Part shown: positions 1 through 7,101 of the stretch, piece by piece | Position numbering within the stretch: the first letter of the stretch is position 1 | Layout of the letters: every line of letters starts with the position of its first letter | Assembly: GCA_963850385.1 (NCBI GenBank) | Contig: CAWKKS010000001.1 | Location: forward strand, 1,209,551 to 1,273,550 | Origin: Candidatus Dormiibacterota bacterium | GTDB lineage: Bacteria; Chloroflexota; Dormibacteria; Aeolococcales; Aeolococcaceae | DNA length: 64,000 bases | Direction of reading: 5' to 3' | Notes under the pieces: generated by a model | The model's input: the letters and a program-made list of their open reading frames with translations, nothing else | Databases searched by the model: none | Told to the model about the DNA's origin: nothing | Made by a program: the position numbers and the translations under genes

Positions 1-450
1 GGGCCCCACCCGCGGTGTCCGCATGACCAGGAACGCCGACGCCAGCATCAGGCTGACCCGGCCGCCGCGGGCCATCGGCAGCGCCGGGTCGACCAGCACC
101 AGCGAGGCCACCCGCTCGGGGTGGCGGGCGGCGACGAGGATGCTGATCAGGCCGCCCATGGAGTTGCCGACGAGGACCACCGGGCGTCCCCGGCCGACGT
201 GCTCGGCAACCCGGGCGACCACCGCGAAGTTGTTCGGGATGGTCGCTTCGCGGCCGGCGCGCGGGGTCCGGCCGAAGCCGATCAGGTCGAGCGACCACAC
301 ATGGTGGGTGCCTGCCAGGTCGGCGGTGACGTCGCGCCAGTTGAGCAGCGATCCGCCGAGGCCGTGCACCAGCAGCATGGGTGGCCCGGTGCCGCCGTGA
401 TCGACGGCATGCACCGGGCCGCCGACGTCGAGGACGAGCTCCCTGGCCAC
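1..450 (-). CDS. alpha/beta-fold hydrolase (C-terminal part lies beyond the window edge)
   Basis: Own translation from GTG at 450: VARELVLDVGGPVHAVDHGGTGPPMLLVHGLGGS...VVLVGNSMGGLISILVAARHPERV. It has the HG oxyanion motif and the G-N-S-M-G-G nucleophile elbow. It is absent from the ORF track because no stop lies inside the window. Confidence 0.75.
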   Translation of the reverse strand, partial: MARELVLDVGGPVHAVDHGGTGPPMLLVHGLGGSLLNWRDVTADLAGTHHVWSLDLIGFGRTPRAGREATIPNNFAVVARVAEHVGRGRPVVLVGNSMGGLISILVAARHPERVASLVLVDPALPMARGGRVSLMLASAFLVMRTPRVGP

Positions 451-459
451 CCCCCGATG

Positions 460-948
460 CTATCGGGCGTGTTCTCCGCGGGGCTCGTCGCGGGCTGGGC
501 CTGCGGGGCGCCACACGTTGCCGAGCACCCGCACCGGCCCATCGAAGTGCTCATCCCAGCACTCCAGGATCGCGGCCCCGATCGGCGGATGGAGCTCGAG
601 GTTGAGCAGCGTGTCGCGCCGGTGCCAGGCGACGTCGGTGAGCACGCCGTCGCGTCCGACCCGGAGCTCGCCCGGGCGCGCCGACCCGGCGAAGACCAGG
701 TTGAGCAGGTGCCGCCCTCCAGGTTCGATGGCCTCACAGACCAGCACCAGCCTGCCGACCGCCACGCTCAGCCCGGTCTCCTCGAGCAGCTCACGAGCCG
801 CCGCCTCCACCAGGGTCTCGCCCGGCTCCACTCCCCCACCCGGGACCAGCCAGTGGCTGTGCCCGTTCTTGACATGCTCGGCGAGGAGGATGCGGTCGCC
901 GTCGCAGATGCACACCGCCACCCTCACCCGGACGGCGGCGTCGCTCAC
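460..948 (-). CDS. NUDIX hydrolase
   Basis: Nudix box GGGVEPGETLVEAAARELLEETG. ORF 460..1107 is trimmed to GTG 948 (VSDAAVRVRVAV...) because the longer form would run through the divergent promoter/operator region. Confidence 0.85.
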   Translation of the reverse strand: MSDAAVRVRVAVCICDGDRILLAEHVKNGHSHWLVPGGGVEPGETLVEAAARELLEETGLSVAVGRLVLVCEAIEPGGRHLLNLVFAGSARPGELRVGRDGVLTDVAWHRRDTLLNLELHPPIGAAILECWDEHFDGPVRVLGNVWRPAGPARDEPRGEHAR

Positions 949-977
949 CTGTCGATTATCCCGGCCCGCGGCCTGGC

Positions 978-1006
978 TTGACACGAACAGGCGTTCGCTG
1001 TAGGGT
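978..1006 (+). promoter_or_regulatory. sigma-70-type promoter TTGACA-17 nt-TAGGGT for the LysM gene
   Basis: Perfect -35 TTGACA at 978-983, a 17-nt spacer, and TAGGGT (TANNNT) at 1001-1006. Confidence 0.5.
984..997 (+). promoter_or_regulatory. LexA operator (Cheo-type SOS box) 1 of LysM gene
   Basis: Perfect palindrome CGAAC-AGGC-GTTCG that fills the promoter spacer. It is 13/14 identical to the box at 52244-52257. Confidence 0.65.
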
Positions 1007-1016
1007 TGACGCCATG

Positions 1017-1030
1017 GGAACATCCGTTTG
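1017..1030 (+). promoter_or_regulatory. LexA operator 2 of LysM gene
   Basis: GGAACATCCGTTTG. The 15-mer GGGAACATCCGTTTG (1016-1030) recurs exactly on the opposite strand at 3582-3596 in front of lexA. Confidence 0.6.
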
Positions 1031-1043
1031 GGGTGGTGGTGCG

Positions 1044-1358
1044 ATGCTGACCGACTATGGGCGCGCGGTTCGCCGTCCGAGGCGCCGCCCGCTGCGACGC
1101 CGTCCACGCGTGGTTGTCGCCGGGGCGCTGACCGCTGCGGCCGGCCTCGTGATGCTCGGGGGCAATGTCTACGGTGGGTTCAACGTCGGCCAGGCGCAGC
1201 ACGTCAGGGTGCACGCGGGCGACACCCTCTGGACCATCGCCGCCGGCCACTACCAGGGCGGCGACATCCGTGACCACGTGGACCAGATCGTCAGCCTGAA
1301 CCACCTCGCGGGCGGCTCGATCACCCCCGGCGAGGACCTGCTCCTGCCGGCACCCTGA
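1044..1358 (+). CDS. LysM-domain membrane-anchored protein, putatively SOS-regulated
   Basis: Arg-rich N-terminus, one TM segment (VVVAGALTAAAGLVMLGG), then a LysM-like motif HAGDTLWTIAAGHY...IVSLNHLAGGSITPGEDLLLP. The start is moved to ATG 1044, downstream of the promoter and operators. Confidence 0.75.
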   Translation: MLTDYGRAVRRPRRRPLRRRPRVVVAGALTAAAGLVMLGGNVYGGFNVGQAQHVRVHAGDTLWTIAAGHYQGGDIRDHVDQIVSLNHLAGGSITPGEDLLLPAP

Positions 1359-2259
1359 CCGGGCGCCGGACCGGCGCAGGCTCTGGCACGGTGCGGCCGG
1401 AGTTGATGTCGGCGAGCCACGGCACCGACCCTGACGGCTGCGGGCTGGGCGTGTCGACGCCGCGACGGCGACCGCCTCCCCCGCCGTCGTCGCTGTCGTC
1501 GTCGCCCGCGGGCTCGTTGAGCATTCGCAGGAACACCACGCTGAACGCCACGAACAGGGCCAGCTTGCTGACCAGCGCGATGCACGCCCCGGCAATCTGC
1601 TGGTCGGCGAGCACGCCCAGGCCACCGATGCGCGGCGCTGTGGCGTAGCTCGCATAGAGCGGGTGCTTGGCCAGCGCCACGGTGATCCCGCCGAAGGTCT
1701 GGGGGATGGTGGCGATCATGATGTAGCCCAGCGTGGCCCAGCGGCTGAGCACCCGCCGTCCGCCCAGCGGTACCACGATCGGCCACCAGAAGAGCACGGA
1801 CGCGGCGAGCAGGCAGAGCTGCTGAGCGGCGTACAGCGAGGGGTTGCCGAGCGACGCCTGGTACGCGCCGCTGAGGTGCCACCCGAAGAAGGCCGCGTTG
1901 ACGGCGACGATCCCGGCGAGGGGATGGACCAGGGCGCGCCCCATCCGCAGCAGCGCCGGCGGAGTCCCCGCCCAGCCGCGCCCGGGCAGGCCGAGGAGGA
2001 GAAGCGGTGGGACGACACCCATCACCAGGGTGATCTGCAGCAGGTGGGCGGTGAGGAGGTAGTGGGCGGCCAGCGTCTGCAGCGGCGACACCCATGACGC
2101 GGCCAGGAGCACCACTGCCACTGCGGCCGAGCAGCGGCGCCACCGCCTCCGCGGCGCACCGCGCGACGCCCGCATCGAGGCCCCCGCCACGGCGCCGGTG
2201 GCCACGAGCCCGGCGATCAGCAGCGGGTCAAGCGGTACCGTCCAGGGCGTTGGCAGCAC
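1321..2259 (-). CDS. ctaG: cytochrome c oxidase assembly factor CtaG-like (COG3336) polytopic membrane protein
   Basis: Multi-pass membrane protein (..FFGWHLSGAYQ.., ..LFWWPIVVP.., ..LADQQIAGACIALV..) with an acidic, Gly-rich C-terminal tail. The start is set at GTG 2259. The family call is from remembered motif pattern only. Confidence 0.65.
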   Translation of the reverse strand: MLPTPWTVPLDPLLIAGLVATGAVAGASMRASRGAPRRRWRRCSAAVAVVLLAASWVSPLQTLAAHYLLTAHLLQITLVMGVVPPLLLLGLPGRGWAGTPPALLRMGRALVHPLAGIVAVNAAFFGWHLSGAYQASLGNPSLYAAQQLCLLAASVLFWWPIVVPLGGRRVLSRWATLGYIMIATIPQTFGGITVALAKHPLYASYATAPRIGGLGVLADQQIAGACIALVSKLALFVAFSVVFLRMLNEPAGDDDSDDGGGGGRRRGVDTPSPQPSGSVPWLADINSGRTVPEPAPVRRPVRVPAGAGPRRG

Positions 2260-2416
2260 AGTCAGAACGGTAGCGCAGCCGCCCCGCGAAGGCGAGCATC
2301 GTGATGCGCCGGCGCCTCTGCCGGCTGCGCGACCGGTGTCCGAAGGCGTACAAAGGGCACCGCAGTTCGCGCACGGCTCGGCGATCGTCCCCCGAGCCCG
2401 TGCCCATGCCTCAACG

Positions 2417-2878
2417 ATGCCAACCAACCCGTACCAATTCTCGCTCCGGACCAGCCGAGACCCCGGCGAGGTTCTCGACGACGTGGCGGCACGTCCCCTG
2501 CCGGGGATCGCGGTATCGGAGCGCGGCACGCACTACCTCGTGCTGCGGCCTCGGCGGCGCTCGCGGTACGGGTCGGACATCGCCGTCGGTATCGCCATCG
2601 CGATCGTGCTCGCGGTGCTGATCGCCACCGCGGTCACTCCGCTGTTCATCGTGCTGCTGCCGCTGGCGGTGCTCCCCGGGTTGCCACTGCTTCTCGACCG
2701 CCGCCGCCCCGACCTGGCCGTCAGCGCCGTCATCGATGACGATGGCAGCACGCGCGTCACGGTGCACGGCGAGGCATCCGAGGAGCTGGCCGCGGCGGTT
2801 GACGCCTTCCTGGGCGCTCTGCCGGAGCCGCCCGTGATCCCGCTCGAGGTCGCCGACCCCGTCGCGTCCACCGGGTAG
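2417..2878 (+). CDS. hypothetical membrane protein
   Basis: ORF 2198..2878 trimmed to ATG 2417 (MPTNPYQFSL...). The central hydrophobic stretch IAVGIAIAIVLAVLIATAVTPLFIVLLPLAVLPGLPLLL suggests two TM helices. No family recognised. Confidence 0.5.
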   Translation: MPTNPYQFSLRTSRDPGEVLDDVAARPLPGIAVSERGTHYLVLRPRRRSRYGSDIAVGIAIAIVLAVLIATAVTPLFIVLLPLAVLPGLPLLLDRRRPDLAVSAVIDDDGSTRVTVHGEASEELAAAVDAFLGALPEPPVIPLEVADPVASTG

Positions 2879-2880
2879 CT

Positions 2881-3525
2881 CTAGCCGATCACCCGGATGA
2901 CCGCGGTGACGACCCCCTCGATGGCCAGGTCGCGTGCGTAGATCGGTTCGAGAGTTGGGTTCTCCGGCTGCAGCCGCACCCGTCCACTCTCGCGGAAGAA
3001 GCGCTTCACCGTGACCTCGGATTCGCCGGTCGTCTCGTTCTCGATGCGTGCCACCACGATGGTGCCGTTGGCCGGCGCGTCGTGCCGGGGCCTCACCAGC
3101 ACGATGTCGCCGTCGTTGATGCCGGCGCCGATCATGCTGTCGCCGTGCACGGTGAGTGCGTACGCATCATCACCGCCGGCGATCTCGGGGCCCACGCTGA
3201 TGTGGTCCTCCACGTTCTGCTCGGCAAGCAGTGGTGTGCCCGCGGCCACACGGCCGACGAGGGGAAGGCGGAGGATGTTCGAGGAGGCCGGGACGGCGGC
3301 GACGGTGACGTCGTCAACGACCTCCACGGTGCGCGACTTGGTTGGATCGCGACGGATGAGGCCCTTGGACTCGAGTGCGTTGAGGTGGTTCTGCACCGTC
3401 GACGACGAGCTGAGCCCGACCGCGTGGCCGATCTCGCGCACCGTCGGCGGGTAGGAGTGCTGACGGGCGTGGGTGCGAAGGAACTCGAGGATCTGGCGCT
3501 GGCGCCCCTCGACCGGCTCTGTCAT
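2881..3525 (-). CDS. lexA: LexA repressor
   Basis: Winged HTH (RQRQILEFL..YPPTVREIGHAVGLSSSSTVQNHLNALESKGLIRR), cleavage region VAAGTP, and S24 peptidase Ser (HGDSM) and Lys (VKRF). ATG 3525 is preceded by GGAGGA. An alternative ATG lies at 3546. Confidence 0.92.
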   Translation of the reverse strand: MTEPVEGRQRQILEFLRTHARQHSYPPTVREIGHAVGLSSSSTVQNHLNALESKGLIRRDPTKSRTVEVVDDVTVAAVPASSNILRLPLVGRVAAGTPLLAEQNVEDHISVGPEIAGGDDAYALTVHGDSMIGAGINDGDIVLVRPRHDAPANGTIVVARIENETTGESEVTVKRFFRESGRVRLQPENPTLEPIYARDLAIEGVVTAVIRVIG

Positions 3526-3581
3526 GTCATCCTCCAAGCCTTCCATGGCGGCCGCAATGTACCACGGATCCGTCGACAGCG

Positions 3582-3595
3582 CAAACGGATGTTCC
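3582..3595 (-). promoter_or_regulatory. LexA operator upstream of lexA (autoregulation)
   Basis: Minus strand reads GGAACATCCGTTTG, about 57 nt upstream of ATG 3525. It is an identical copy of the box at 1017-1030. Confidence 0.65.
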
Positions 3596-3729
3596 CATCA
3601 CCAGCCGCAGCGCCGCCCCCGGTTTCAACGGACCGGTGGCGACTGCGTGAACGAGCCGTACCGGAGGCGGTCGCAGCGCGGCCGAAGGCCTAGGATCTGG
3701 CCAGAGGAACCCATCCCCACTGGCGGTAG

Positions 3730-4428
3730 TTGAAGATCCCCCCCGACGAGCCTGTCCTGATCGACCACGCTGAGTTCGAGCGGCGGATGGCGCCCTTCCG
3801 CATGCGCGACGGTGTCCTGCCGGTGGTGACCCGCTGTGGCGAGCCGGGCTGCGAGGCCGAGCCGGTTGACGCGTGCGGATACGTCGACAGCCGCGGCACC
3901 GCCTGCCGGACTCATTGGTGCGCGGCGCACGGACCCGAGGTGGGCGGCCAGCGCTACTGCCGCCGCCACGCCGGCACCATGGTCGCCCTCGGCAGCAAGG
4001 CCAACAACCCGCGGGCGCTGCCTGACGTGGGTCACCGCGGCGCGTCGCTGGTTCGGTGGGTGTATCGCGACCTCGACCCGGCGCTGACCACGCTGCTCGA
4101 GGCGGAGAGCCGCAGCAACGAGCACCTTCTCCGCGACACGGAGGTCGCCGTCGGCCGTGCTGACGATGGCAGCCGGTGCTGGGAGATGAGCTGGAAGCTG
4201 GCCTCCCCGTCGGGCATTCGCATGCGCATCACCCTGATGGTCGAGGAGGAGGACGACTCGATCGTGCTCGTCCGCCTCAACGGCGAGGTTCTCGCCAGCG
4301 GGGTCCCGCCGTGGATCGAGGCGCGCCGGCTCGGCCAGCAGGTGACCGAGGACGAGGACCGCGAGCAGCGGCGCAGCTTCTACGCCTTTCTCGAGCAGTA
4401 CCTCACCGAGGCGATCCGGCAGGCATAG
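3730..4428 (+). CDS. hypothetical Cys/His-rich protein, divergent from lexA
   Basis: 232-aa ORF with good GC3 bias. The N-terminal cluster is CGEPGCEAEPVDACGYVDSRGTACRTHWCAAHGPEVGGQRYCRRH and the C-terminus is acidic. No family recognised. TTG start without a clear SD. Confidence 0.55.
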   Translation: MKIPPDEPVLIDHAEFERRMAPFRMRDGVLPVVTRCGEPGCEAEPVDACGYVDSRGTACRTHWCAAHGPEVGGQRYCRRHAGTMVALGSKANNPRALPDVGHRGASLVRWVYRDLDPALTTLLEAESRSNEHLLRDTEVAVGRADDGSRCWEMSWKLASPSGIRMRITLMVEEEDDSIVLVRLNGEVLASGVPPWIEARRLGQQVTEDEDREQRRSFYAFLEQYLTEAIRQA

Positions 4429-5353
4429 CCAGGGCCCCCAGGACGGCGTCGACGACCTCGTCGAGCCCGGTCCCGCGGCGCCGCTCCAGGCGCAGCACCG
4501 CGTCCTCGTGCCTGAACCAGGTGCGCTGCGCCTTCACGTACCGCGAGGTGCGTTGCATGGCGCGCGCCTTCGCCCCAGCGACGTCCAACGCACCATCGAG
4601 GACCTCGACCGCCTCGCCGTACCCGATGCCGGCGCGGCGCAGCGCCGCCGGTGCGGTTCCGCGCCCGAGCTCGGCGCGCACCTCCTCGAGGATGGCGCCG
4701 CCGTCGAACATCGCATCGATGCGTGCCTGCAGCGCGGCGCGGTGGAGCTCACGGTCGGCATCGAGTACGACCAGCGCCAGCTCGCGTGCACCGGACCGTC
4801 CGCGTGCTGCGGCCAGCGGGCCGCGGCTGTGGCGGAGCACCTCGATGGCGCGGATCACGCGGCGCGGGTTGGCCAGGTCGAGGCTGGTCGCGGCGTTGGG
4901 GTCGCGGTCGCGCAGCTCGGCGACGAGCTCGGCCAGCCCGTCCGCTGTCGCCGCCATCGCTGTCAGGTCGCGGCGCTGCTCGGCGCGCGGCGCCACGCTC
5001 CCAAAGTCCCATCCCTCGTGCAGCGCGCGGAGGTACTGGCCGGTGCCGCCGACCACGATCGCGGTACCGCCCCGCTCCTCGATGCCCGCAAGGGTCTCCC
5101 GCGCGAGACGCACCCAGTCCGCCGCGGTGAATGGCTCGCCGGGCTCGCAGAGGTCGAGCAGGTGGCAGGGCACCGTTCCCAGCTCCGCCGCCGTCGGGCG
5201 GGCGGTCCCCGCCACCAGGCGCCGCAGAACCTGGCGCAAGTCGGCGTTGACAAGCTCGGCCCCGGTGCGACGTGCCAGCTCGACGGCGAGCATGGTCTTG
5301 CCGGTGCCGGTGGGGCCACCGATCGCCAGCGTCGGCCCCGGCCGGCCACTCAT
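4403..5353 (-). CDS. miaA: tRNA dimethylallyltransferase
   Basis: P-loop IGGPTGTGKT, and the GGTGQYLRAL and VKAQRTWFR motifs. ATG 5353 overlaps the mutL stop (ATGA). Confidence 0.9.
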   Translation of the reverse strand: MSGRPGPTLAIGGPTGTGKTMLAVELARRTGAELVNADLRQVLRRLVAGTARPTAAELGTVPCHLLDLCEPGEPFTAADWVRLARETLAGIEERGGTAIVVGGTGQYLRALHEGWDFGSVAPRAEQRRDLTAMAATADGLAELVAELRDRDPNAATSLDLANPRRVIRAIEVLRHSRGPLAAARGRSGARELALVVLDADRELHRAALQARIDAMFDGGAILEEVRAELGRGTAPAALRRAGIGYGEAVEVLDGALDVAGAKARAMQRTSRYVKAQRTWFRHEDAVLRLERRRGTGLDEVVDAVLGALAMPAGSPR

Positions 5354-7101
5354 CCCGGCGGGCGACGGAAGATGCGGCGCAGGGTGGGTTCGTCGAAGAT
5401 GGCCAGCGCCGGGCGACCATGCGGGCAGGTGGTGCCCCCGCTGGTCTCCACCAGCTGGTCGAGCAGACGCTGCTGCTGCTCGGCACTGAGCTCGTCGCCG
5501 AACCGCACCGCGGCATGGCAGGCGATCAGGGCGGCCGCGCGATGGCGCTGCTCGGTGAGCGGGCCGCCGGCGCCGAGGGAATCGAGGAGCTCGGCGACGA
5601 GGCGTGCGGGGTCGGTCGCCGACGCACTGGCGGGGACGGCGGTGCACCGCAGCGTGGTCGGGCCGAACGGCTCGACGGTGAACCCGCACGCGGAGACCAG
5701 CGCGGCGTGCGCCGCGAAGGCCTCGAGCCTGCGCGCATCACACTCCACCAGCACCGGGATCAGCAGCAGCTGACCCGCCACCGGCCCCGCCGTCCACCCC
5801 GTGACCAGGCCGGCGTAGATCACCTTCTCATGGGCGGCGTGGGGGTCGACGACGACCACCCCGGCGCTCGAGCTGGCCAGCAGCCATCGGCCCTCGTGCT
5901 GCCCCAGCGTCAGCAGCGGACGCAGCGACTGCAGCGAACCCGGTGCCTCCTCGGGCCCGCCACCGAGGTCGATGGCCGGCTGCTGGTGGGCGAGTGGTGG
6001 CAGCCGCGCCGGGGGATCCTCGGCTTGTCGGTTCGCCCTCGCCTCGTCGGCGAGCTCGAAACCAGGCCACTCCCCCGCCGACACGCGGTACACGGAGGCG
6101 CCCTGGAGAGCCTGCCAGCAGGCACGCTGCACCGCCGCGAACACGCCTCGCTCATCGCGGAAGCGCACCTCGCGCTTGGTCGGATGGACGTTGACGTCGA
6201 CCTCGACCGGATCGATCGCCACGCTGACCACGCCGAACGGGAAGCGGCCGGCGGGCACCAGCCCGCGGTACGCCTCGGCCACGGCGGCGACGAGGGCGCG
6301 GTTGTGAACGCGCCGGCCGTTGACGACGATCACCAGGCCGCTGCGCGTGCCCCGGTGACGGGCGGGCTCGCTGATCGCCCCCCCCACGTTGATGTCGCCC
6401 TCGGCGGCGACCGGGAGGAGGTTCGACGCATCCGTGGCGAACACCGCGCGCAGGGCGTCGTCAAGGCCACCTCCCGGTGAGCGCAGCCGCGTTCGCCCGT
6501 CGACCACGCAGGTGAGTCGCAGCGCCGGGCGGATCAGCGCCAGGTCGCTGACCACGCTGATCGCCGCCGCGGTCTCGGCGCGGTCGCCCCGGAGGAAGCG
6601 CAGGCGCGCCGGCGTGGCCGCGAAGAGGTCGAGCACCTCGATGGTGGTGCCGGCCGGGCCGCCACGACGCCCCTCCTCCACCACCTCGCCGTGGCGCACG
6701 CGCATCCACGCACCCCAGGCGTCGTTCATCGGTCGCGAGGCGATGGTCACGTCGGCGACGGCCGCGATGCTGGCGAGTGCCTCGCCACGGAAACCGAGCG
6801 TGGTGATCGCCTCGAGGTCCGGGGCGGCGGTGATCTTCGAGGTCGCGTGGCGGGCCAGCGCCAGGGGGAGCTCGCCGGCCGCGATGCCGACGCCGTCGTC
6901 GGTCACCCTGATGCGCACCGTGCCGGCACCGTCGATGACCACGTCGACCGCCGTGGCGGCGGCGTCGACGGCGTTCTCGCAGAGCTCCTTGACCACCGAC
7001 GCCGGACGCTCGACCACCTCGCCGGCGGCGATGGCGTCGGCGACCGCCTGGGGCAGGCGCCGGATCGGTGCCGGCACCCCCGGGACCGCCGGGGCGCTCA
7101 C
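5350..7101 (-). CDS. mutL: DNA mismatch repair protein MutL (endonuclease type)
   Basis: GHKL ATPase motifs (VVKELCENAVDA, TDDGVGI) and a C-terminal DPHAAHEKVIY endonuclease-like motif. GTG start overlaps the mutS stop (GTGA). Confidence 0.92.
   Translation of the reverse strand: MSAPAVPGVPAPIRRLPQAVADAIAAGEVVERPASVVKELCENAVDAAATAVDVVIDGAGTVRIRVTDDGVGIAAGELPLALARHATSKITAAPDLEAITTLGFRGEALASIAAVADVTIASRPMNDAWGAWMRVRHGEVVEEGRRGGPAGTTIEVLDLFAATPARLRFLRGDRAETAAAISVVSDLALIRPALRLTCVVDGRTRLRSPGGGLDDALRAVFATDASNLLPVAAEGDINVGGAISEPARHRGTRSGLVIVVNGRRVHNRALVAAVAEAYRGLVPAGRFPFGVVSVAIDPVEVDVNVHPTKREVRFRDERGVFAAVQRACWQALQGASVYRVSAGEWPGFELADEARANRQAEDPPARLPPLAHQQPAIDLGGGPEEAPGSLQSLRPLLTLGQHEGRWLLASSSAGVVVVDPHAAHEKVIYAGLVTGWTAGPVAGQLLLIPVLVECDARRLEAFAAHAALVSACGFTVEPFGPTTLRCTAVPASASATDPARLVAELLDSLGAGGPLTEQRHRAAALIACHAAVRFGDELSAEQQQRLLDQLVETSGGTTCPHGRPALAIFDEPTLRRIFRRPPG

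Noticed and set aside
3650-3665. GAACGAGCCGTAC in the lexA/3730 spacer, considered as a second SOS box.
   Set aside because: The half-sites are separated by 5 nt rather than 4, so it does not fit the motif shared by the six accepted boxes.
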